Positions 11,371 through 23,569 of a stretch of 64,000 nt of DNA are shown piece after piece. The notes below the pieces were generated by a model, which did not search any database, was not told where the DNA came from, and worked only from the letters and a program-made list of their open reading frames with translations. Position numbers and translations under genes: made by a program. The DNA is from Raillietiella orientalis (lineage: Eukaryota): NCBI GenBank assembly GCA_036172245.1, contig JAYWIR010000011.1:1054001-1118000 (forward strand), written 5' to 3'. Positions within the stretch are counted from its first letter, which is position 1, and each line of letters opens with the position of its first letter.

Positions 11371-11800
11371 TGATGGAAATCCTTCCTTTTCTGTCTTCGC
11401 AGTTCCTCAACACGGTTCCACGCCACCCGGGGGTGGGTAATTCTTCAATATAGGGGGTACCCCGGGAGGGGTCTGCCCTATGAATCCAGGAAAGGCTCGG
11501 AGTCCATTCCTCTCACGCCGGGGGAGGGATCCCTGGAAATGGAGATCGCCTCCACCCTGGTTGTCTCCGAAGGGGAATCCAGAAGGGAATCCTTCCTTAT
11601 CCTCTCCGGAGAACACCCGGGGGGTCCAGGGATTTATTCTTTCTTCTCTGAAGAGAACCTAGAACGGACGGCTTTTGAAATTCAGGACTCAGCTCTCCCG
11701 AAGGGATCGGTTCGCTTCTCTGCACTCCCTGGAAAGTGGTGGCGACACACCTACTCCATCAGTACGACGCGGAGGGTCTCCCCGGAATGGGAGGTCCGCT
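11370..11800 (-). mobile_element. Internal fragment of the tRNA-derived SINE family
   Basis: Near-identical to the reverse complement of 50560-50800 (CTATGAATCCAGGAAAGGCTCGGAGTCC, GGTTGTCTCCGAAGGGGAA). Confidence 0.8.
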
Positions 11801-12219
11801 CATTCACAACCCTATTAATTTAGCCAACATTCTGTTATGCTTACAATTATTCTTGAAAAATTCCCTATCTCTGCTGAACTTACATAGGAATTTCTTAATA
11901 TGTATTTCACTAATTAATCATCTACTTTAGGATTGACTCCTAACTTTATTCTTGAATATGCATTTCCTTCTCGTTTATACCTTGATCGGCACCTACTTAC
12001 CCTGCATACACTTATACAACAAACCATGATGGATAGTAATTAAGTATTTTCTTCTGTCAAAGACTTCATTATTTTTTCTCTTGAATCTTCACTATTGAGA
12101 CTTGTTCACATTTTTCCCTTTATTCATTTCTTATCCCATTTCGATTGTTCTCACTCTATTCTAGCTGTGACAATAGTTGCTAACTTCCAACATCACAACA
12201 AAATATCTTTATCTTGCAG

Positions 12220-15200
12220 GAGCAATCACATCAAGGTAAAGCTAACTTAAAGTTGGGTGGATTAAAAAATAAATTAGCTAATAATATGAGTTTGATAACT
12301 GAAATATCTTTCTTGTCATCAATAGGTGAGATATTTGCAATTTATGATTAGATTGCTCTAGGAGTGATCTCAGAAGTAACTATTTTATACAGTTCACCTG
12401 AGTTAGTTAATAGCGATAGTTCACTATAACATCAGCTATCCAAAGAAACAATATGTTAACCTGTGACTATACCACAAGCTAATCAAGTAGCTGATCATTT
12501 AGCTGAGTATTTAAAAGCTTTAGGTGGAATTACATGAAAGAGAAATGGAATTACATGCTTCCAAGTAGGGATCAAACAGATTGGAGAAATAGGTTAGTAG
12601 AACACTTAATGGTTAAAGACAAAAATTAGAACAGAGAAGTTGGAACACTTACTGCATGCAGGTAAAAAAAAAAATGGTATTCTGCTTAGGAAACTTTTGG
12701 AAAAGTTAAAGATATTCAAATAGAAGACTTGATAACTTTAGCCAATAAAAAAGAAATTTCTAAAGCAATGCTCTTAAAACCTTATATTAGATATAGCCAT
12801 GAAAAATGATATTTTTGGTGAGAAAGAACAAATCAGCAGGTCAGGAATACAATGGGCTTTATTAAACAGAATATGCGTAATAATTTTGGTATTTATCTAG
12901 ATCCAAATAACTCGCCTACTAGCTTTAAAACCCATACAAGCCATAAACCATTGATAAAAGCTGCTGTTATGAAAGAATTAAATGGTAGGCTATTAACAAA
13001 ATTTGTGAACAATATAGGGATTGAATCTGATTGGCTGGAAATATTAAGTTGGAGATTAAAAGCCATGACTAGTATCACACTGAAATATCTAAAAAATGGG
13101 CAAACAATTCATCAATCAATGAAGCTATGTTACTTGATGCCAATCAAGAATCCAATGATGACCTCTGAGAGTTTTCACTCACAAGAATATAGCCTCATCT
13201 TGTTAGTATGAATGCAACCATTAGGATTGTTCCAATTATTATTTTCATATTTACTAGTAACATAAAATGACTTCTCATATAATAGCAATCCTGCAAGCAT
13301 TGTTTGTTGCTCTAGTTAACTGCATAATTTCTGTGATGTTTATGATGAATATGCTATGTAGAGGTTATGTTATGCAAAACCTGGACTCATTGGTAACAAA
13401 GATGGTATTTTCTGTATTGTTAGACATGATTAGTTTAGCTGATCAGTCTAGTTCTAGTGGATTACCTAATTTAAATGTGAGTAGCAAGAAACTTTTTTAG
13501 AAATCGTCTTGCATAACTATGTGACCTGACAATGTTATTATGGGCAGTAAAAACGAACATACTCATTCAATTACTATTCTTGTTAATTAATGTCCTCCAG
13601 TATTAGTTGCAGCTCAGTATCACTGATAATACTATCATTATGGATCATTGCCATTGGAAATAGAACTATTGCTCAGCAAAATCTTTGCCTTTGCTCTGCA
13701 GATAGCAGGATACACAATTGATGATAGAGGAATTAGAGTAAAGGTAGTATACAGCGACTTACTCAAACAGTTGACTCCTGCAAATAATAAATACTCTCAC
13801 TCTTCTTAATGCTTCTAAATTATTTAGAAGACAGTTACCAGTCAATTTCTGACTTCCAAAAGTTATCTTGATTCATGAAATGATACATACAAGAACTTTA
13901 CCTTTACAGGCACATCTATAGCAATTGAGATTGGCATTTTTAGCTATGAAGAAGCAAGATCTTATAGGTATTACCAGTAATGAGTGCCAAGCTCTGAAAC
14001 AAATAAGTTCGAATAGTCAATTTGCTACTGAGCATGCTACTAATAGCAACAGAAAAATAGATGAAACTCATATGAATGTAGGTTTGATAGCACCTGTAGT
14101 ACAATTTGGTTTTAGAGTTACATCTAATAATCATCAGGAACAAGACAAAACCAAATCAGTAAACCAACAACTATCATATAATGAAGCATTATCTAAGATT
14201 GACAGTGCAACTCCAGATGGAGGATTTAATCATGCAAGAATTGTTACACAATCGCTTAGTAACAACCTAAATAGCAATTTTTCTGCACAACAGTCTGTGG
14301 AACAAGAAATAACAAGTAAACAAAGCATGGAGCATATTAGCAATAGTATAAATTAAGTTTCTCAAAACTCTGTTACTATTGATTGTAATTTACATGAGCT
14401 AGTACTTGATACAAGAGTGGCGAAAAATATTCCAGAGATTTCAGTAAACAGCAAGTAGTCTTGTGGACCAAGGGACACCAAAATAAGTAGAACAAATTGC
14501 TTCAGATACAGTTATGAAAAGCAATAGTGTTGCCACTTGTAATCCCAACATGCTCCATCTAAAGCAGAATTACAATCAACCTTTGAGGAAAATGCAAAAT
14601 AGTTGAATGGTCAAGGTGCTATCAATGATATTGATAAGCAAAATGAAATTTATGATAAAACTATAGAACAAGTGTTTACAAATGATGTTGCTACATGTCA
14701 AGGAAAAGTAAGAAATCATTACATTATTCACCAAAAGTAAGGATACGGGTCAAAAGATTCAATAAATTAACTCAGGTAATTATTAAATTTAATAAAATTC
14801 TTGAATCTACAAGTGGAAGAACTGCAGGGACAGTAGGTAATATTGAAATAAGTGAAGAGGCCACCAATACTTTTCTTGGTTATCAAATTAGTAGGCTATA
14901 GAAAAGATAATGAAAATAATTGAGGATGAATTATGTAAAACATAACATAATTAGTACTCTTAGGGTGTGTTATCATTAATGTTCTCTCATATTGTTGCAG
15001 CAGAAATCAAGACGATGCAAACAAATCGATTAGCAAAATGAACCAGATCAGCAAAGCAAAATGGATTACAGTATCTATGCTGAAAAATATTTTAGCATAA
15101 CATCTTTTTATAAAGCAGGTAAATACTGAAGAACATGTCAGAAATGATACTTTGGCTGCCAGATATGATTCTAGTCTTGAGGGGTACATAACTGATAACG

Positions 15201-15490
15201 GAAATACTTTGGGCACATGATAAAAGATCAGGAAACAATAAGGTTATATGATACAGAACTATGAAACATAAGTCCTATTTGCATATGTGCATCAGCATAT
15301 AAGAATGATTTATGGAAAGCATGTGTATTTCAAAAACTTTGACATGCATGAAAAACAATATGAAAAACCTGTTAATACCATTGTTTGATAGAATTATGTT
15401 TCTTGGAAGAACATTAGTTCAGAAAGTATTAGATAAATTGAAATTTCTTAAATAAACTTGAAAATACGATACACGGATTAATTACAAAAC
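12220..15490 (+). pseudogene. Unidentified decayed intronless coding region, candidate EVE
   Basis: About 3.2 kb AT-rich block with protein-like runs all on the plus strand (ORFs 12852-13211, 13925-14356, 14695-14901), broken by stops and frameshifts. No splice structure and no motif I can name. Confidence 0.35.
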
Positions 15491-17287
15491 CATTTGTACA
15501 CATGTTACCTTGTTTCATAAACTATCAGGTGCTAGAACCTTCAATTACATTTTTTTTTACCTTCATGGTACCTCTTACATCATAATTCTGTAACTCATGT
15601 ATACATTAGTAAGTTTTGTATCCCTTAGTTCTTGATTTTAACAAAATTTACATTGAGAGTTTACCGTCAATGTCACCATTCATCACAGAATCGAGTCCAT
15701 GTGGTGATAGGACGATCTTATGGCAATCACGAATGTTAACTGTAAAGTATCAGTAGACTTAGTAGAATTAACAGAATAAATTGTTGGTTGGTTCTCTTAT
15801 GTTTAGAAGTGGAACTAGAAATCCAATGTCTAAAGCTTGCTTTTTAGTCTTGTCAGCTGTGGTGTTGTGGATGTGGCAACACTGACATTTTCTTTTAGAA
15901 AATACAGAAAATACGCGAGTACAGTTCCCTTTTATTAAACCACTGGATTTGTATTGTGCTGTTTTTAGTTTTACTCAAAAGGTTGCCATCTTAGTAAATT
16001 TACAATTTCCTGGACACTATGAATTTCTGAGTGACTTTGATAAGATTTCATCCTTTTTTTTTTTTTTTTTTTTACTAGGCTCAAGCTGCTTATTATATGA
16101 AGTCATATTATACTTATTTAACATCCTATAAATTTACGAATATAATATCCCATGTTCTCATCTTTGTAAAAACTAATAAACTTTTGTCACCTCATACCAA
16201 AAGCATTATGTTTACTAGATAAACTATATAAGGTAAATGTATTATTGTATCTAAATGTATTATTCAAGTATACCTATGTCTTGACTCAAGGCATAAATAA
16301 TCAATTGAACTCAGTTCAAATAAATTGCATATGGTAAGGTCATTAATTAATTGGCATAATTTAGGATGATTTTTTCGACACGAGGGAATGTTTTGATTGA
16401 AATATATGATTGAAATGATAGTCATCGAATTTGACTTGATGAAAGTTTTACAAGCTGTTTATAATGTAGCACATCCAACATTTGAAGAAGTATTACAGGA
16501 AAATAAATAGCGGTAATATTTCTGTGGTTGGGAGTACATAGAAAAGGGTGTAGGTATATCAGAAGCAAGTACAAGTAGACTTCTCACAATACTAGGAGAA
16601 ACTGGGTATAGTGAAATATTAAAAGAACTAATTAGAGTGGGTGGTAAAATTGGCAGAATAAAAAAAATTTTTGGAAACAGTAATAATTGATAATGCGGTA
16701 CAAGTTCTTATATGAAAGACCCATGTAATATAGGTTACATGGATAAATCTAGACTTTCAGAAGCCATGCTGTAGTTCAGGAGTAAGTTTGAAAAAATACA
16801 TAAGCATATAAACGTAATGTGTTAAAATTGTATGTGTAAAAGTATTAACAGTATAGGAAAATCAAAAGCAGCAACAAAGGCAATCTAGCATTTTAAAAAA
16901 TTATCTGATCGTTTCGTTAGCATTATCTCCACAAATGTCTCTTTCTAGATTAGTATCTAGGTTTTTCTTGGTTTTGAATCCTTTCTTGAGGCTTAAACGA
17001 AAAATACATTCTAGTAGCATTCCAATTTGGAATAAGTACAGCTTGGTCATATAATCAATTCCCAATTACATAATCTTAAGTATTTTCTAAATCCTTGATT
17101 ACTCTTCTTAATCAAATGGTATTCAAATTATTCTTGATATATTTTACAAAAGTCGACTATACTTAATGTTGTAGTGCATTTGCACATGTTATAAGCCTAA
17201 TAGTGAAGTGCCGTAAATCACTATCTATAGAAGGTTCACTTACTCTTTCCTTCTCTTTCTCTAATTCTTATCCATAGTTCGCCTTCG

Positions 17288-17838
17288 AAAAATCATTAAA
17301 TTATCCTAATTTACCATGATTTATCGATTTGTGGGTACTGTTTTTTCTTTTTCTTTCGTCCATTCAGATTGAAAAGCCTCTAAAGAAGGATGGACTGCTT
17401 CCCCTGTCGTTGCTCTATACACGGGCTTCAAATCAGCAATTCCTATTTTTAAACGATACATATCTTGAACTACGTAATGTAGAATACACAATGGATGCTC
17501 AATCTTAGGCCAAACTACTTCTGTAGCTTCAGATGCACTAGTTCGATTATCATCACAAGCAATTTGTGTGTCTTTTCATCCTCTATCCCTCATCTCAGTA
17601 AAATTGCCGAACCAAAATTCATCTTCAGTCTCAGTAATCCATAATTCTTGAATATGTTCCCTTCCGGATAAATCAATACTAAACGCTACGTGAACTGCTT
17701 TATTGATAGTACCCTTCCCTCCTCTCTCTCTCTACTCACTTCTACTACTAAACAGTCGAAAAATACTATAGGATATTCATTTGGTCTACTATTTCAGGCC
17801 TCAACGTCATCTGACACATCACTGATAATTTGGGAAAT
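17288..17838 (-). pseudogene. Bacterial IS256-family transposase pseudogene (endosymbiont-derived)
   Basis: ISQIISDVSDDVEA*NSRPNEYPIVFFDCLVV / INKAVHVAFSIDLSGREHIQELWITE..FWFGNFTEMRDRG..IACDN..EATEVVWPKIEHPLCILH / ADLKPVYRA..EW / QYPQIDKSW: the canonical IS256 motif order. Confidence 0.9.
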
Positions 17839-17869
17839 TAACCTCGTTCATATGGAAACAAGACTGTAA

Positions 17870-18644
17870 ATACATTGTGAAAGTGCAGGATTCATTGGCA
17901 ATCTAGCCTTGATTATTAGTCAGGAAATAATGCTTTTCACTAATAATATGTTTTGGTAATGGTATGCACTGTAAGTACTCTTGCACTACTCCAAAAAATT
18001 AGCACTAAATATAATTACTGCTATCATTCTGTCAATCATTATTAAGCCAATATCTAAGAAATTTTCAATGGAATTTATGTAAACGCCACATTAGAATTTA
18101 TATCTAGTGTTTGATCTCTAATAAAGATTCCAGTAAAACAAATCACGATAAAAAAAAAAAAAAATACACAAAGCAGCAATCGTCCTCATGCAGTGATGCA
18201 GCCGCTTAGCATTCCTACTTGACAAGAGCCTTTGAATATCCGGACTTCTAGACTCTGGAAATAAACCAAAAAGTTGTAGAAATAAAAATGACCAAATATT
18301 GTTCTTACTGAGATCAAGGGTTAACATGCCGTTGGGCAAGGGATCCATTACATTTTCCTATCCACCAATGCTAAGGGTAAGAGAGATGGCAAGCGATAGA
18401 ACTGTAGATTGAAAGACATGAGTATAGGCAATATGACACACTCCTTCAAAAGCTGAATAGAATGTTGATGTCAATGTGCTAATTATTGTTCTGCGAGAAA
18501 TAGGTATTTGAAAGAAATAATGCAAGAAATATCCCATTCCTGTGGCTCACAAACGTTCAGCTCCTGAGCACACCATTATCGAGGCGTGAGTAGCCAACGT
18601 CTACCCTCTTTACTAAGTAATCTGTTTATAATGTCGTTTAGTAC
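17870..18644 (-). pseudogene. Bacterial sodium:solute symporter (SSS/PutP-PanF-like) pseudogene, central part
   Basis: ATGMGYFLHYFFQIP..STFYSAFEGVCHIAYTHVFQ..PDIQRLLSSRNAK..MIAVIIFSAN..SARVLTVH matches SSS motifs (YSAFGG..TD..Q, QRLL, A.IMSTADS). Confidence 0.8.
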
Positions 18645-20859
18645 GTGTTGCGAGGTGAGTGTACATAAAAGAAGTGGAGCCCCGCGTCGGAGGCTGTGTG
18701 GTTAAGGCTTCCGCGAGTGACAGCATGCGTCGCGGGCTCGAATACTCTGGCAGATACTGACTCAATGGCGTCGTTGGGTTCCGAGTTTCTCCTGCAACGG
18801 CGCTGGTTGGCCTAGACATTCGGGCGTGGCACCGGCGGTGGATTAAGCTGGAGACCCCCCGATGAAGGCCGGAACAATGGGAGTCGACCTTCGGGTCCTT
18901 CCAGGAATCAAGGAGTTGGGAGTTCCGCCTCCTGTCGTGCAACGGAGAGCGGACCCCCTACACTGGAGGGACCCCTCCGGTTTGTTTAAGATGGAGCAGG
19001 AGCCTTCATAGGCACCTCTCCAGTTGTTCAAAGGAGCGGACCCCCCCTGTTGTGGGAAGACCCTCCGAGTCGTCTCCTCTTCACAGAGTGCAAGGACACA
19101 AGGGAGAGCGATTCCCTGCGGGAAGCTGCAGCGCCCCTTTTGAGTTTCGGAAGCGTCCCTTCGGGGTTCTCTTCAGAGGAGTGAACAGGAGCGGTTCCCT
19201 TGGAGAAGAAATTCCTACTAGCGGATCCCTTCCGGGTTCCCTTCGGAGAAGTTGAAATGGAGAGGACCACCCTCATTAGGGGGTTTCCCTCCGGAGAGAA
19301 TGAGCAAGGAGATTCCCTTCGGGGTTCCCCTTCGGAGACAACCAGGTTGGGAGATGCGAGCCCCAAGCGTGAGAGGAACGGACTCCGAGCCCTTCCTGGA
19401 TTCATAGAGCGGACCCCCATCCCGGGGTGCCCCCTATCCTGAAGAATTACACTGAATATTACACGCCCCCCTGCGGGTTGCCGCGGGCAGAGGGGCGGGG
19501 AAACAAAACAGTGTGTTTAATGTTTAAAAAAAAAGAGCCATGTGCGCCGCGAGGCACGCGACCGGCTCTGAGGTACTTAGCGAACCAAAAAAAAGAAAAC
19601 TCTTAAAAAAAAAAAAAAGAGCTGAAAGAAAGCGAATAAGAACAGCAAAGTCAGAAGAAAAAAGAAGAACCCAAGGATTTCCATCGTCCTAGGCCAATAG
19701 TAACGATCTCCTCGTGCGGTCGCTACTGGCCTTTAGAAAAAAAAAAAAAAAAAAAGTGGAGATGGTTGAATTTGAAATGCGTTTGCGTTCTTAACTGACT
19801 TTCTCAAATCTAAAATCATTTTTTCCAGAAATTCTTTCCGACTGGCTGATCTTCCCTTTAAGTAGTAATCAGAGATACTTCTGCCTGTTTCTAAAACTAT
19901 GTCTTTTTAGATTAAAACAAATTTTGTAAATTCAGATATACTCTTTATTAAGTATTACTGGTATACTTCTTTTTGTAAATTCAGCAAATTACTTCTTTAT
20001 GATATAAGGATAAGGAAATTTTTTACTGTCTCAAAAGAAGCAGGAATAAAAAAAAATGCTATTTATGCAGATCAATTTTTTGGTATTTCAGATTATTCTC
20101 TTTGACTGCACAGAGGTGCACTTTAAAGTTTAAGCATGAAGACTTGTGGTAAATATTTGTCAGTATATCCACAGGCATGTCTTGGGTTTCAAAACCTTTA
20201 GCACAGGTAACATTATCTGCCACTTTGTGAATGAATACTGATTGCAGGTCTATGTAATATGCTCCTGACGCTGGCAACCTACCTCAGCTTGCATATCCTT
20301 AGTAACTTTTGCTAATATCTCATTATAAGGCTCCTCATAGTGTGGCTCCGAGCTCCACCGCTTTATTCCCATGCATTAGCTTTCTATATTACACGGATGA
20401 ATCTGTAGAAGTAAAGAATCGAATCACATATACCTATTGATAAGTAGCTGACCTCTAAATGTTGCAGATGTCTCTGACGACTTCTTTTTATCAATTTTCG
20501 CTCATTATTTACTAAATACACTATAGTCAGGTGCCTGCTCCGTCCCTGCAGAATCGCAGAACCACTTTGCAGAGTTGCTATCTTTTTGGATTCATCTCGA
20601 GTTCACTGTCCGAAAGATCCTCCGCTCATTGTAAAAAAGAGGCGCTCGAATGAATGTGAAATTCCACGGTCCTCGTAATCAGCCTTACTTCCTACCATTA
20701 GAGATGCCCTCTTTATTACTTTAAAATCAAGGTTTCGGATCTTGTACACCGATTCCTGCATCTCCTAATTCATCCAGATTTACCATTGGCTCAATCAATT
20801 ATATTTACGGAATCTCCCTTTAGGCACTTGTTAGCTTCAAATATCCCACCTCACAGCAC
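18645..20859 (-). mobile_element. Complete decayed bacterial IS5/IS1182-like insertion sequence (about 1.13 kb without the nested SINE)
   Basis: Transposase from ATG at 20786 down to ~19900: EDLSDSELE, SAKWFC..APDYSVFSK, YNEILAKV..VGC, IDLQS..HKVA, HLCAVKENN, KICFNLKR. Imperfect terminal inverted repeats GTGTTGCGAGGTGAG (18645-18659) and CCCACCTCACAGCAC (20845-20859), 12/15 matching. Confidence 0.8.
18680..19755 (+). mobile_element. Full-length tRNA-derived SINE (about 1.07 kb)
   Basis: tRNA-like head with A-box (GTGGTTAAGG) and B-box (GGCTCGAATAC), 3' stem-loop, poly(A) at 19737-19755, and target-site duplication AAGTGGAG (18672-18679 / 19754-19761). Confidence 0.9.
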
Positions 20860-20869
20860 TCTCCTAATC

Positions 20870-21170
20870 ATCACGCCATCCTAAAATTGCTCCAGATGTT
20901 AGTCCCCGTTTGAGCAGGAATTTACCAGAATAGTCGCATATTCATTAAAGTGATGGTGAAAAAGCCATTCCCGATACATAAACCTTTTCTTCTACGGTAA
21001 TGGTAGAGCCAGCTTCTATAGAGCTGACAAATATAGTTGTCCTTATCACTAGATTAGGAGACTCTCTGTAATATGATGCTTGATGCTGCAGAGTTTTCAT
21101 GGTATTGGATTTATGAAAACCGATCTTTATACAAATTAAAAAGTAAACAACCGTGCCGACATGAGTTTAA
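20870..21170 (-). pseudogene. Bacterial sodium:solute symporter pseudogene, N-terminal part
   Basis: TMKTLQH..LVIRTTIFVSSIEAGSTITVEEKVYVSGMAF..LEQF matches the SSS N-terminus and joins the central part once the IS is removed. Confidence 0.65.
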
Positions 21171-21289
21171 TTTTGCTGCAATTTACCAGATAGCTATCGG
21201 TTTAAACTTGATGGAACACTGATAAAGATGTCTATCAGTTTCCACTGTGTCGTTTTGTTTCCTTGATTTCTGCTATTCGACCTCACAGG

Positions 21290-21535
21290 GATAAAGCTCG
21301 CAGCCTTTTGCCTATCTCTGAATCTCGAACTTTCTTCCTTGATATAAGGCACGATAAGGTGATGCAAAAGACGATCCAGGGTAGCAGCTGTAAGAGCAGC
21401 ATTCTGCTCCAGAGCTGCATGCCAATGGTGCAACGGCCAAAAGACAGATTGTTTGTTAACACCCTCTCAGAGCGCCGGACAACAACCCTGGATAGCATGC
21501 TTCTGTTTGAATGGTAGGTATTCTGGCTCTCTCAT
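21290..21535 (-). pseudogene. istB: IS21-family helper ATPase (IstB) C-terminal pseudogene
   Basis: EYLPFKQ / RVVVRRSERVLTNNLSFG / WHAALEQNAALTAATLDRLLHHLIVPYIKEESSRFRDRQKA, matching IstB GYLP..LTSNL.F..W..LTAALLDRLLHH....GESYR. Confidence 0.85.
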
Positions 21536-21649
21536 TAATATTCTATAAGATTAGATGTGAAACTCGAAGTTCGAAGACCCCGTCCAGTTCTCCCTGCATT
21601 AAGCCGGCATGCAGTTGAGACTATGATACCTCTGACGTTACCGAAATTG

Positions 21650-22290
21650 ACAGATAAGGTGATAAAATTGTACGAATTTCATCACGTCAGGCTTCTAACT
21701 AGGGTTAGGGACGGTACATTGGAGCGAATGGCTGTCATTCTGCAAGAAACGGAAACCACAAAGAAAAACGCTGGATCGAAAACGAAGTCAACTGAGCCCA
21801 GGGGACAGATTATTGATGGTATGCCTTAGAATATATAGGGGAACATGGAAGCATACTTTCACCCCTCCCGGGATGCCCCCTATCCTGAAGAATTTACACT
21901 GAAGAATTACACGCACCCCCTGCGGGTGGCTGCAGGTGGGTGGCGTGGAACAACAGTGTTAAAGAGCCACGTGCGCCGCGAGGCACGCGACCGGCTCTTG
22001 AGGTACTTAGAGAACCAAAAGCAAAACTTGCTTTCAGCCTGATGGTGATGTTATTACCGACACCGCACATCGCGGACCGTAGAAGATTCGTGCTAGGTCC
22101 TTCTTGCCTGCGAGGAAAAGGAGGAAAAATCCCCTGGCAGAAGAATACGGGAAGAATAAATTACTGCTGGCTAGCAACAAGGCTATAACATCTCGAAAAC
22201 TTGTTGTTGGCAAGTAGGGAAAAATACACGGAAATGGTTTAGCTCGGTACTTGATTTACTAATTGCATTTCATAATCACGAATTACAAAA
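21650..22290 (+). pseudogene. Bacterial IS5-family (ISL2/IS1381-like) transposase pseudogene, split by a SINE fragment
   Basis: RLLTRVRDGTLERMAVILQE..ALEYI..YFH (HTH part, to 21862). After the insert: VITDTAHRG..KI..LPARKRRKNPLAEE..RKWF..LLIAFHNHEL. Confidence 0.75.
21865..22020 (+). mobile_element. 3' fragment of the tRNA-derived SINE family
   Basis: Matches 50737-50910 (CCCCCTATCCTGAAGAATT..GAGCCACGTGCGCCGCGAGGCACGCGACCGGCTC..GAACCAAAA). Confidence 0.85.
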
Positions 22291-22649
22291 TCAGGGTTAT
22301 GCGAGGGGTCTATTAAATCCGCTGCAGTGATGAGTTCAGTTCCGAGACCATCCCGGACCGATCGCTTTATGCATCTTTTCTGCTCCAGATCTCATTGCCA
22401 TAGTCTCTATAGATGAAGAATGAGAAACAATTTGGTCGTCCCTCTCTTGACGGAGTTTGGAGTTTTCTCTCTTTTTTGTGGCTCGCTGAGCACTCAAGAA
22501 CCGTTCGCCTAGCGGCTCACGAAGCTCTTTCACACACTGTGCACGCGGCCCGAGGGTGCGTGTGCCACTCTTCAAGTTATACGTTCATCGCCCGGTCACT
22601 CCGGGACATTTATTGTAAAAAAAATAAAATAAAAAGCATACATTTGTAG

Positions 22650-22960
22650 GACCCTACATCGTCCAAAACTGTTCGGAACCTGTTGAGTGACCGGCACGCA
22701 GGCCGGCGAGGTTCGCCTCGGCAGCGGAAAGGCAAACAAAAACAAAAATCAAGAATAAAAAAAACTCTGGGCGGCAAGGGAAAGGATCACCGGGGGCTAG
22801 AGGGCATCCTCTGCATTCTTTCCAGGATGCCGGCAAGTTTCATCCGAGTATGTCCCAGGTGGGGTCATCTTGCTGCCGTCCTCAGGAAGCGCAGGGCGTC
22901 CCTATCGCGCCGTCCTTCCCTCGCGTAGCTCCAGATCGCCACAATCCCAAGTAGGTAGCA
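22650..22960 (-). mobile_element. 3' end remnant of a Tx1/L1-like LINE
   Basis: Reverse complement of the family end (R..WPHLG....LAGIL.RMQR) plus the 3' UTR seen at 33180-33400. Confidence 0.6.
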
Positions 22961-22974
22961 AAGAGCTGCTGTGG

Positions 22975-23565
22975 ATGTTCCAGGTGAAAGGGCCTCCGGT
23001 AACCCGGAGGGATCACCCTATGATTTCTGGAAGACTCCAGGAGAAGGAGTCCGTTCCTCTTACGCTTGGAAGGGAACCTTGAAGAGATCTTCCTCATTCT
23101 CTCCGGAGGGATCCACCATAGGAGGAGCCACTCCTCCCTCGTTTCTTCTCCGTAGAGACCCCCCGGAAAGGATCCGATCCTTGTTGACTCTGAAGAGAGC
23201 TCCGAAGGAAGCGACACTCTTCTTGTTAACACTCTGGAGAGGCAACCCTCGAGGGGGGTATCAACTAGTTTTATGGCATGGCTCCATTTTCCCAACCAGA
23301 GTAGGGAACCTCGAAAGGCTTTCTGATTCCTGGCAGCATCCCAGAGGGTCATCTTACAATCCCATCCAGTCAACGGGGCTTTCGGTTTTCATCGGTGCCG
23401 CACCGAAGCCTACAGACCCAACCAGCGTCATCCTGCAGAGGGAACTCTAAACCCACGATGCACCCCCCCTTCTCGACATCGATCCCTTCCGGGGGGGGAG
23501 GGTTCGAACCCACGACTCTTGATACCACGAGCGGAGACCGCAGTCACGCGGCCGCCAATGCGGGT
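22975..23565 (-). mobile_element. tRNA-derived SINE family copy (divergent)
   Basis: B-box GGTTCGAACC at ~23501-23510, with head and body homologous to the other copies. Confidence 0.7.
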
Positions 23566-23569
23566 GTGT

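Noticed and set aside
18960..19400. CRISPR-like array
   Set aside because: The repeats are degenerate, lack unique regular spacers, lie inside a SINE, and no cas genes are present.
17288..22290. Bacterial contamination or a prokaryotic source for the window
   Set aside because: All bacterial genes are pseudogenised and interrupted by host SINEs, one with a target duplication, and a spliced gene is on the same contig.
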